DNA of 29,277 nucleotides from Acidimicrobiales bacterium (GTDB lineage: Bacteria; Actinomycetota; Acidimicrobiia; Acidimicrobiales; JACDCH01), in assembly GCA_037724305.1 (NCBI GenBank), contig JBBJOU010000001.1, positions 1 to 29,277 on the forward strand, read 5' to 3'. Both the position numbers and the translations under genes were made by a program. Below are positions 16,519 to 24,344 of the stretch, piece by piece. The stretch's first letter is position 1, and each line of letters begins with the position of its first letter. The notes under the pieces are model-generated. The model was given only the letters and a program-made list of their open reading frames with translations, did not search any database and was not told the DNA's origin.

Positions 16519-17850
16519 TCAGGGGGCGATGCGGTTCGGGCCGCGGTGCAGGTAGGTCACCTCGCGCACGTCGTCGATGCCCAGGATCGACATGAGGGCG
16601 CGGGTGAGCCCGAGGCCGAACCCGCCGTGCGGCGGGCAGCCGAACTTGAAGTAGTCGAGGTAGAACTGGATGGGCGGCAGGTCGATGCCGCGGCTGGCGG
16701 CCTGCTCGACGAGGCGCTCGTAACGGTGCTCCCGTTGGGCGCCGGTGGTCACCTCGAGGCCCTTCCACAGCAGGTCGAACCCGCGGGTGGCGGTCGAGCC
16801 GTCCTCGAGGAGCATGTGGTAGAAGGGCCGCACGGCGGCGCCGTACTCGGTCACGAACACGAACTCGTGGCCGTGGGTGGCGGCGACGTGGGCGGCGAGG
16901 AGCTGCTCGCCCTCGCGGTCGATGTCGCCGGGACGGTGCGGGCCGACCCAGCCGCGGCCGCGGAGGATGTCGTAGGCCTCCTCCATGGGGACCCGGGGGA
17001 ACGGGAGCTCGGGGACGTTGACCTCGACCCCGAAGGTCCGCCGGATGTCGTCGCCGTGCTGGTCGGCGACGGCGGCGATCACGTCGCGGAGCCAGCGCTC
17101 CTCCAGCGCCATCACGTCCTCGTGCGAGGAGATCCAGGAGATCTCCATGTCGACGCTGGTGAACTCGGTGTCGTGGCGATCGGTGGCGTGCGGGTTGGCG
17201 CGGAACACCGGGCCGACCTCGAAGACGCGGTCGAACCCGGCCGCCATCGCCATCTGCTTGTGGAACTGCGGTGACTGCGCCAGGTAGGCGGGCCGTCCGA
17301 AGTAGTCGATGGTGAACAGCTCGCGGCCGGACCGGTTGGACACGGCCCGGATCTTGGGCGAGTGCAGTTCGATGCAGCCGTCCGCCTCCCAGAAGGCCCG
17401 CATCGCCCGCTCGGCGGTGGTCTGCACCTCGAACACGAGCCGGGCGGACCGTCGCCGCAGGTCGAGGAAGCGCCAGTCGAGGCGCTCCTCGACCGGCGAG
17501 TGCTCGTCGATGGGCACCTCGGCCACCGCCGGCCCGACCACCCGCACCTCGGCGACGGTGATCTCGGGGCGCCCATCGCCGGACGGGGCGGCGACGACGC
17601 CGACGGCTTCGACGGCCGACTCGGCGACCAGGCCGACGAGCGCGGCGGCGAGCGGCCCGGTGCCCGCCTCGGCGTCGGCCCCGTCGACGAGCGTCACCCG
17701 ACCGCGGCGATCGCGCAGGACGAGCGAGGGGGCGCCGTCGGCGGCGGTCGGTTCCGCCCAGCCGCACACGCGCACCGTCGCACCCGTCCGGTCGGCGAGG
17801 TCGGTCGCCAGCGACCGGGGGAGGGGAGGGGTAGGAGGAGGCGTCGCCAT
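16519..17850 (-). CDS. aspS: Archaeal-type (non-discriminating-like) aspartyl-tRNA synthetase paralog
   Basis: Class II catalytic core: RLDWRFLDLR, YLAQSPQFHKQ, VFEVGPVFRAN, RHDTEFTSVDME, FDLLWKGLEVTTGAQREH and PPHGGFGLGLTR. The N-terminal OB-fold is divergent. ATG 17850 is preferred over 17934. Confidence 0.88.
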   Translation of the reverse strand: MATPPPTPPLPRSLATDLADRTGATVRVCGWAEPTAADGAPSLVLRDRRGRVTLVDGADAEAGTGPLAAALVGLVAESAVEAVGVVAAPSGDGRPEITVAEVRVVGPAVAEVPIDEHSPVEERLDWRFLDLRRRSARLVFEVQTTAERAMRAFWEADGCIELHSPKIRAVSNRSGRELFTIDYFGRPAYLAQSPQFHKQMAMAAGFDRVFEVGPVFRANPHATDRHDTEFTSVDMEISWISSHEDVMALEERWLRDVIAAVADQHGDDIRRTFGVEVNVPELPFPRVPMEEAYDILRGRGWVGPHRPGDIDREGEQLLAAHVAATHGHEFVFVTEYGAAVRPFYHMLLEDGSTATRGFDLLWKGLEVTTGAQREHRYERLVEQAASRGIDLPPIQFYLDYFKFGCPPHGGFGLGLTRALMSILGIDDVREVTYLHRGPNRIAP

Positions 17851-17952
17851 GGTGGAAGTCGTCGTCCCGCCCGCCCCAGGGCACGGCCTCGGGCGGCGGG
17901 AGGCTGGTACGGTACTCGCTCCGTCCGGCGGCACAGGTTGGGGGAGAGAGCC

Positions 17953-17985
17953 ATGGCTGTATCCGATCGCGGCGCCGGCTCGTGA
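17953..17985 (+). other. Putative 10-aa upstream ORF (MAVSDRGAGS) coupled to GT-b
   Basis: GGGGAGAGAG purine tract at 17941-17950, ATG at 17953, and a TGA that overlaps the GT-b GTG (GTGA, 17982-17985). Confidence 0.35.
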
Positions 17986-19190
17986 GGGCCCTGTTCACCT
18001 GCCTCCCGGGCCACGGGCACTTCAACCCGATGCTGCCGCTGGCGCTGGCCACGGCCGGGGCCGGCCACGAGGTCGCCTTCGCCACCGCCGACGACTTCTG
18101 TCCCCGGGTCGAGAAGGCCGGGTTCCGTGCGTTCCCGGTGGGGTTGAGCCTCGAGTCGCAGCTCACCCAGGCCCGGGCGCGCTACCCCGAGCAGGCGGCC
18201 ATGGTCGGCGAGGAGCGCTTCGAGAACTTCGTCCCGCGGATGCTCGCCGGGGTCGCCGCACCCGCTCGCGCCGCAGACCTGATGGAGGCGGCGCGCGACT
18301 GGCGCCCTGATCTCCTGGTGCACGACGAGGCCGACTTCTCAGCGGCCGTCGTGGCCGAGGCCCTCGGGGTGCCGTGCGCCGACCACAGCGTGGGCATCCT
18401 GCGTCCGCTGGCCATGGCCCGCCTGGCGGGCGAGGTCCTCGAGCCGTTGTGCGCGCAGTACGGGGTCGACGTGGGGGAGTTCGGTGGGCTGTTCCGCTGG
18501 CTCTACCTCGACGTCGCCCCGCCCAGCCTCCAGTCGGGTGAGATCGGCCAGGTCGCCGTCGCCCACCAGGCCCAGAACGCCACCCTCGACGCCGGTGCCG
18601 AGGGCGAGACCCTCCCGGCGTGGGTGGAACGGTTGAGCGGGGCGCCGGTCGTCTACGTGAGCCTCGGCACGGTGTTCAACGAGCGGGCCGGTGCGGTGTT
18701 CTCGGCCATTCTCGATGGCCTGCGGTCAGAACCCGTCGAGGTGATCGTGACGATCGGCTCCGGGAACGACCCGTCGGTCTTCGGGGCCCAGCCCGACCAC
18801 ATCCACGTGGAGCAGTTCATCCCCCAGTCGCTGCTGCTGCCGTTCTGCGACGTGGTGGTGAACCAGGGGGGCACGGCGATCCTGCCGATCCTCGCCAACG
18901 GCCTGCCTCTCCTCCTGCTCCCCCAGGGGGCGAACCAGTTCCACAACGCCGAGGCGTGCGTGGCGGCGGGCGTCGGTCGGCGCCTGCTGCCGGGCGAGGT
19001 CACCGCCGAGTCCGTACGGGAGGAGGTCCGGCGCCTCCTCGACGAACCGAGCTTCCGCGATCGGGCGACCACCGTGCAGGCGGAGCTCCTCGCCATGCCC
19101 GGGCCCGAGCACGGCCGCGAGTTGCTCGAAGCGCTGGTGACGACGGGCCAGCCGATCCCGGGCACGGGCCACGAGCCCGCCGCCCCGTGA
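17982..19190 (+). CDS. GT1/MGT-family glycosyltransferase (GT-b), paralog of GT-a
   Basis: MRALFTCLPGHGHFNP, HEVAFAT, VYVSLGT, QFIPQS and GANQFHNA. Colinear with GT-a. Confidence 0.92.
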   Translation: MRALFTCLPGHGHFNPMLPLALATAGAGHEVAFATADDFCPRVEKAGFRAFPVGLSLESQLTQARARYPEQAAMVGEERFENFVPRMLAGVAAPARAADLMEAARDWRPDLLVHDEADFSAAVVAEALGVPCADHSVGILRPLAMARLAGEVLEPLCAQYGVDVGEFGGLFRWLYLDVAPPSLQSGEIGQVAVAHQAQNATLDAGAEGETLPAWVERLSGAPVVYVSLGTVFNERAGAVFSAILDGLRSEPVEVIVTIGSGNDPSVFGAQPDHIHVEQFIPQSLLLPFCDVVVNQGGTAILPILANGLPLLLLPQGANQFHNAEACVAAGVGRRLLPGEVTAESVREEVRRLLDEPSFRDRATTVQAELLAMPGPEHGRELLEALVTTGQPIPGTGHEPAAP

Positions 19191-20590
19191 CCGCGTCCGA
19201 GGTGGACCTCACCGACGGAGGTGCCGTCGACGACCTCGACCCGGAGTCCGCGCCCCGGATCGTCACCGAGGTCCCCGGCCCCCGGTCCCGGGAGCTGTGG
19301 GCGCGTGACGCCGCCCACCACGCCGGCAACTCCTCGCCCGCCGCCCAGTTCCTGCAGCTGGTGCTGCACGACGGGCGCGGCGCGGCCGTGCGTGACGTCG
19401 ACGGCAACGTCTTCATCGACTTCTGCTCGGGGGCCGTCGTCGCCAACCTCGGTCACGCCCCGCCACCCGTGGCCGAGGCGCTGGGCGCGGAGGCCAAGCG
19501 ACTCATGCACGCCTTCGACTTCGCCACGCCGTCGCGGGCGGCGTTCTTCGAGCGCCTGGCCCGCACCCTCCCGGCCAGCCTGCAGACCTTCCAGATGTAC
19601 TCCACCGGGGCCGAGGCGGTCGAGGCGGCCCTGCGCCTGGCGAAGTCGTACACCAAGGGCTACGAGGTCATGGCGTTCCACCAGGCGTGGCACGGGCGAA
19701 CGTCGGGGGCGATGGCGCTCATGGGCGGCTTCGGGCTCAAGCACGGCTACGGCCCGTTCGCCCCCGGCGCGATCCACAGTCCCAACGCCAACTGCTACCG
19801 CTGCCCGGTGGGGCTCACCGAGGACCGCTGCCAGGTCGCCTGCGCCGGGCTGGCAGAGCGCATGTACGAGCAGGTGAGCGAGCGCAAGCTGGCGGCGGTG
19901 ATCATCGAGGTGATCCAGGGTGTCGGCGGGGTGATCACCCATCCCCCCGAGTTCCTCGCCCGCCTGCGCGAGCTGTGCGACCGCACGGGGGCGCTGCTCA
20001 TCTTCGACGAGATCCTCACCGGGGTCGGCCGCACCGGACCGATGTGGGCCTTCGAGCCCACGGGCGTGCTGCCCGACGTCCTGATCGCCGGGAAGGGCCT
20101 GGCGAGCGGCTACCCGATCTCGCTCATCGCGTCACGGCGGGAGGTGCTCGACGCGCTCCCCTTCGGCATGCCCGGTGCGGGGGCGTCGACCTTCGCCAGC
20201 GGCGGGCTGGCCTGCGCCGCCGGCGTCGCCACCCTCGACATGCTCGCCGACGGGTCGATCCTGGAGCACGGTCGGCGGGTGGGTGCCGTCATGCTGGCGG
20301 CGCTGCACGAGCTGGCCGAGCGCCACCCGATGATCGGCGACGTCCGCGGTGCGGGGATGCTCATGGCGCTCGAGTTCGTGCGCGACCGGGCGACCAAGGC
20401 GCCGATCGCCCCCGTCACCGGACGGCGGCTGCTGCTGGCCCTGGCCGCCCGGGGGGTGCTCGTGGCCGGCGCCGGCCCGGTGCTGCGCATCACCCCGCCG
20501 CTCGTCATCAGCGAGCGCGCCGCCCTGCGAGGTATCGAGCTGCTCGACGACGCCCTCGCCGAGGTCGCCGCCCAGGCCGAGGAGGCCTGA
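19187..20590 (+). CDS. Class III PLP-dependent aminotransferase (GabT/omega-aminotransferase-like)
   Basis: DVDGNVFIDF, NLGH, TGAEAVE, WHGRT, FDEILTGVGRTG and PDVLIAGKG (PLP Lys at 20093-20095). GTGA overlap with GT-b. Confidence 0.93.
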   Translation: MTASEVDLTDGGAVDDLDPESAPRIVTEVPGPRSRELWARDAAHHAGNSSPAAQFLQLVLHDGRGAAVRDVDGNVFIDFCSGAVVANLGHAPPPVAEALGAEAKRLMHAFDFATPSRAAFFERLARTLPASLQTFQMYSTGAEAVEAALRLAKSYTKGYEVMAFHQAWHGRTSGAMALMGGFGLKHGYGPFAPGAIHSPNANCYRCPVGLTEDRCQVACAGLAERMYEQVSERKLAAVIIEVIQGVGGVITHPPEFLARLRELCDRTGALLIFDEILTGVGRTGPMWAFEPTGVLPDVLIAGKGLASGYPISLIASRREVLDALPFGMPGAGASTFASGGLACAAGVATLDMLADGSILEHGRRVGAVMLAALHELAERHPMIGDVRGAGMLMALEFVRDRATKAPIAPVTGRRLLLALAARGVLVAGAGPVLRITPPLVISERAALRGIELLDDALAEVAAQAEEA

Positions 20591-20595
20591 GCGCG

Positions 20596-21114
20596 GTGTG
20601 CGGGCCCGAGGCCGGCGAGCCCGTCTCGACGGGTGAGGCCGGCGCCGCTCGACCCTCGACCGCCCCCGGTGGTTGGGCCGCGGTCCACCACGTCGGCGTC
20701 ACGGTGCGCGATCTCGACCGCTCGGCCGCCTTCTGGGAGCGGCTCGTCGGATCTGCGGCACGGGACCGCCGGGTCCTGCAGGGGCCCCAGCTCTCGACGA
20801 TGGTCGGCTACGAGGGCATCCGCATCGACTCGTGCTGGGTCGACCTCCCGGGCGGGGTGGCGCTGGAACTGCTCCAGTACCTCGACCGCAACGATGCGGC
20901 CTATGACCCCGGCACCGCGCACCCCGGCAACGTGCACGTGTGCCTGCGCGTCGACGACATGGACGCCGCCCACGCCCATGCCGTGGCGTGTGGTGCCCAC
21001 CCGGTGAGCGAGCGGCCGATCGAGGTCGCCGCCGGCCCCAAGGCCGGGACCCGCCTCGCCTACCTGCGCGACCTCGACGGCGTGACCATCGAGCTGATCC
21101 AGCCCTCACCGTGA
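20596..21114 (+). CDS. VOC-family protein (glyoxalase/methylmalonyl-CoA epimerase-like)
   Basis: HHVGVTV, LELLQY, HVCLRVDD and DLDGVTIELIQ give a complete His/Glu/His/Glu metal ligand set. Start uncertain. Confidence 0.85.
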   Translation: MCGPEAGEPVSTGEAGAARPSTAPGGWAAVHHVGVTVRDLDRSAAFWERLVGSAARDRRVLQGPQLSTMVGYEGIRIDSCWVDLPGGVALELLQYLDRNDAAYDPGTAHPGNVHVCLRVDDMDAAHAHAVACGAHPVSERPIEVAAGPKAGTRLAYLRDLDGVTIELIQPSP

Positions 21115-22868
21115 GCGAGCTCGCGAGCACCGCCCCCGTCGTGCCCGACCTGCTCCGGGCCCGGGCCGCCGACGATCCGGACGCCGTGGCCCTCCGAGTG
21201 GGCGACGCTGGCGAGCTGACGCTCGGCGACTGGGAACGACGGTCCAATGCCGCCGCCCGAGGCCTCGTTGACCGGGGCCTGCGACCGGGCCAGCTGGTGG
21301 CGCTGCTCCTCGACAACGATGACCTGGTCGAGTACGCGGTCGGCTATCTCGCCGTGCTCAAGGCCGGTGCCGTGGCCGTGCCGTTGGGCCGCCGCTTCGC
21401 CGGCCCGCAGCTCGACCACATTCTGCGCTCCGCCACCGTCGTCGGCGTCCTGTCGGGGACCGGTGCCCCGCCGCTAGCGGCGGGCGCGTGGGTGGCGCGA
21501 CCCGCCGCGCTGGAGGCCGACCAGGCGGACGACCGCTACCAGGTCGGCGTCGAGAGCACCGAGCTGGCCGAGGTGATCTACACGTCGGGCACGACCGGGA
21601 TGCCCCAGGGCGTGACCTGCACCCACGCCAACCTCATGGCCCACGACGTCCCGCCCGACGCCGCCGCGGTGCACGGCACGATCTCGTTCCTGCACTGTTT
21701 CCCGATCGGGACCCAGGCAGCACAGGAGGCGATGCGGGTGCCGCTCCGGGTGGCGAAGCGCGTGGCGGTGGCGCTCCCCGTCTTCGACCCGGCCCAGTTG
21801 TGCGCCCTCGTCGCCCGCCACCGGGTCGCCCGGCTCCAGCTGGTGCCGGCGTTGGCCCAGATGCTGGTCAGCTCGGACGCCCACCGCCACCACGACCTGT
21901 CGTCGGTGCGCCGGGTGATCCTGTCGTCGGCCCACGCCCCTCCGGCGCTGTTCGCCCGCCTCACCGAGATCTTCCCCGAGGCCACGCTGTGGAACGCCTA
22001 CGCCCTCACCGAGGCCGGTGGTGCCCGCACCCTCATGCAATGGGACGAGCGCCGCCCCTCTTCGGTCGGCCGGCCGGTGGGCGAGACCGAGCTGCGCATC
22101 GTCGGCGAGTCCGGCGACGACCGGGGGACGGGCGAGACCGGTGAGGTGTGGCTGCGGCGCCGGGCGACGCCCACGCGGGGGTACTACCGGGACCCCGCCG
22201 CCACCGCCGCCGTGTTCGTCGACGGCTGGGTGCGCAGCGGCGACCTCGGCCACCTCGACGCCGACGGGTACCTGCACCTCGACGACCGCCTGAAGGACGT
22301 CATCATCTCCGGCGGCCTCAACATCAGCTCGGTCGAGATCGAGGATGCCCTCAGCGAGCACCCGGCGGTGGTCGAGGCGGCGGTGTTCGGCGTGCCCCAC
22401 CCGGTGCTCGGCGAACAGGTCGCCGCCGCCGTGGTGGCCGCTCCCGGCACCACCGAGCGCGACCTGCGCAACTTCGTGCGCACCCGCCTGGCCGAGCACC
22501 AGGTGCCGCGCCGCCTGGTGCTGGTCGACGAGCTGCCCCGCAACCCCTCGGGCAAGGTGCGCAAGACCGACCTGCGCCGGCGCTACGGCGAGGACGGGTC
22601 AGCCGCCCCGAACGTTGCCCCCACGGGGACGATGGAGGAGGCGGTGGCGGCGGTGTGGGCGGAGCTGCTGGGCGTGCCGGCGGTCGGCGCCCACGACGAC
22701 TTCTTCGCCCTCGGCGGCCACTCGCTCGTCGCCGTGCAGATCACCGCCCGCCTCGGTGAGGCGTTCGGCATCGAGCTGGATGCCGGCGCCGTGTTCGAGG
22801 CGCCGACGGTCGCCGAGCTGGCGGTCGTGCTTGCCGCGGCCCGCGCTGCGAGCGGGGCCGGCACGTAA
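21111..22868 (+). CDS. Acyl-CoA-ligase-type adenylation domain fused to a peptidyl carrier (A-T loading protein)
   Basis: YTSGTTG, YALTEAG, RSGDLG, DRLKDVIISGG and PRNPSGKV, followed by FFALGGHSL (GGHS at 22713-22724). GTGA overlap with the VOC stop. Confidence 0.92.
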   Translation: MSELASTAPVVPDLLRARAADDPDAVALRVGDAGELTLGDWERRSNAAARGLVDRGLRPGQLVALLLDNDDLVEYAVGYLAVLKAGAVAVPLGRRFAGPQLDHILRSATVVGVLSGTGAPPLAAGAWVARPAALEADQADDRYQVGVESTELAEVIYTSGTTGMPQGVTCTHANLMAHDVPPDAAAVHGTISFLHCFPIGTQAAQEAMRVPLRVAKRVAVALPVFDPAQLCALVARHRVARLQLVPALAQMLVSSDAHRHHDLSSVRRVILSSAHAPPALFARLTEIFPEATLWNAYALTEAGGARTLMQWDERRPSSVGRPVGETELRIVGESGDDRGTGETGEVWLRRRATPTRGYYRDPAATAAVFVDGWVRSGDLGHLDADGYLHLDDRLKDVIISGGLNISSVEIEDALSEHPAVVEAAVFGVPHPVLGEQVAAAVVAAPGTTERDLRNFVRTRLAEHQVPRRLVLVDELPRNPSGKVRKTDLRRRYGEDGSAAPNVAPTGTMEEAVAAVWAELLGVPAVGAHDDFFALGGHSLVAVQITARLGEAFGIELDAGAVFEAPTVAELAVVLAAARAASGAGT

Positions 22869-22973
22869 GGGTCGCGGGACGACGAGTGGCGGCGGAGTCG
22901 GTCGGTGGCGGAACGCCTCGCGACCGAGGAGGAGTTGATCGACGCCGGCAACGGGTGTGCTACTGACGTCGGC

Positions 22974-24281
22974 GTGTCCTTCGTCGAGGTCTGCGTCATC
23001 GCCCTCGCCCTGGTTTCCTATGCGCTGATCTCCAAGCGGATAGAAGGTTGGCCGCTGAGCATGCCCATGGTCTTCGTCGGCCTGGGCTGGATCACTGAAG
23101 CCACCGGCGTGGTGTCGTTGTCGACCGAGACAGGCCAGGTGGCCGTGCTCGCCGAGGTCACCCTGGCGATCATCCTCTTCGGCGACGCCGTACGCATCAA
23201 CGTCCGCGCCCTCGGCCACGACCTGTCGCTTCCCGCCCGCTTGCTGCTCATCGGACTCCCGCTGAGCATCGCCACCACCACCGCCGTGGTGGCGTTGGTG
23301 TTGCCCAGGTTGTCGCTGGCCGAGGCGGCCCTGGTGGCGGCCGTGCTCGCCCCCACCGATGCCGCCCTGGGCAAGGAGGTGGTCGAAGACGAGTCGGTCC
23401 CTCAGCGGATCCGGCGATCGCTCAATGTCGAGTCCGGGCTCAACGACGGGATGGTGCTCCCGGCCGTGCTGATCTTCCTGGCGCTGGCCAAAGGGGAGGA
23501 GACCACGGCCGGGTTCTGGAGTCGCTTCGTCTTCCAGCAGGTGGGCCTGGGTGTGGTCATCGGCATCTCGGCCGGGGCCGCCGGGGCCTGGCTGCTCCTC
23601 CGGGCCCAGGACCGGGACTGGGTCGAAGGGATCTACGCCCAGTTGGGCACCTTGGCCGTTGCCGTCTTGGCCTTCGCCGGTGCCGATACAGCGGGAGCCA
23701 ACGGCTTCATCGCCGCCTTCGTGGCCGGCTTGGCCTTCGGGGCCATCGCCGGGCGGGGCCGGGGGGACCACCTGGTCGAGTACACCGAGGACAGCGGCCA
23801 GCTCTTGGCCGTGGTCGCCTTCTTCGCCTTCGGCAACCTCTTCGTCAACGATGCCCTGCGCGCCCTCTCGCCGGGGGTGGTGGCCGCCTCGGTGGCCGCC
23901 TTGACGCTCGGGCGACTCCTGCCGGTGGCCTTGGCCATGACCGGCACGGGGGCGGCCTGGCCCACCAAGGTCTTCGTCGGTTGGTTCGGGCCGAGGGGGC
24001 TGGCCTCCATCGTCTTCGGCCTGTTGCTTCTCGAAGAGGACCTGGCCGGCGCCGAGGAGCTGTTCGCCATCATCGCCTTGACGGTGGTGGCCAGCGTGTT
24101 CGCCCACGGCGCCTCGGCCGCCCCGTGGTCTCGGGCCTACGGGCGCTGGTTCGCCGCCATGTCGACGCACGAGCGCCAGTCCATGCCCGAGTCCCTGCCC
24201 GTCCCGCCGGGACGCAGCCGGTGGTCGACGGCTCGGTCACATCCGGACGCCGATCCTGGTGGGGGCAGCGGGTCCCGGTAG
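22974..24281 (+). CDS. CPA1/NhaP-like cation:proton antiporter
   Basis: Many transmembrane segments with LAPTDAALG, ESGLNDG and GWFGPRGLASIV. The ORF opens at GTG 22905; GTG 22974 is preferred. Confidence 0.92.
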   Translation: MSFVEVCVIALALVSYALISKRIEGWPLSMPMVFVGLGWITEATGVVSLSTETGQVAVLAEVTLAIILFGDAVRINVRALGHDLSLPARLLLIGLPLSIATTTAVVALVLPRLSLAEAALVAAVLAPTDAALGKEVVEDESVPQRIRRSLNVESGLNDGMVLPAVLIFLALAKGEETTAGFWSRFVFQQVGLGVVIGISAGAAGAWLLLRAQDRDWVEGIYAQLGTLAVAVLAFAGADTAGANGFIAAFVAGLAFGAIAGRGRGDHLVEYTEDSGQLLAVVAFFAFGNLFVNDALRALSPGVVAASVAALTLGRLLPVALAMTGTGAAWPTKVFVGWFGPRGLASIVFGLLLLEEDLAGAEELFAIIALTVVASVFAHGASAAPWSRAYGRWFAAMSTHERQSMPESLPVPPGRSRWSTARSHPDADPGGGSGSR

Positions 24282-24344
24282 TAGCGCCGAGATTGCGTCG
24301 GATGACGGGGACTCGACTTCCGCCATCTCGCCCTCCCTTCGGAT

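Noticed and set aside
17817-17841. G-rich tract GGGGGAGGGGAGGGGTAGGAGGAGG (G-quadruplex-like)
   Set aside because: It has only three long G runs and is explained by the Pro-rich N-terminus (PPPTPPLP) of the AspRS paralog on the other strand.
18620-19186. Apparent N-terminal extensions of ORFs (aminotransferase from 18620, VOC from 19687, A-T from 20940, PaaA-like from 12535, SDR from 13203)
   Set aside because: They overlap upstream genes in another frame. NTGA couplings or closer starts give normal-sized proteins, so these are not fusions.
22870-22925. GGTCGCG...CGCGACC inverted repeat after the A-T gene as a terminator
   Set aside because: The 7-bp GC arms are separated by about 42 nt with no U-tract, which is likely chance in GC-rich DNA.
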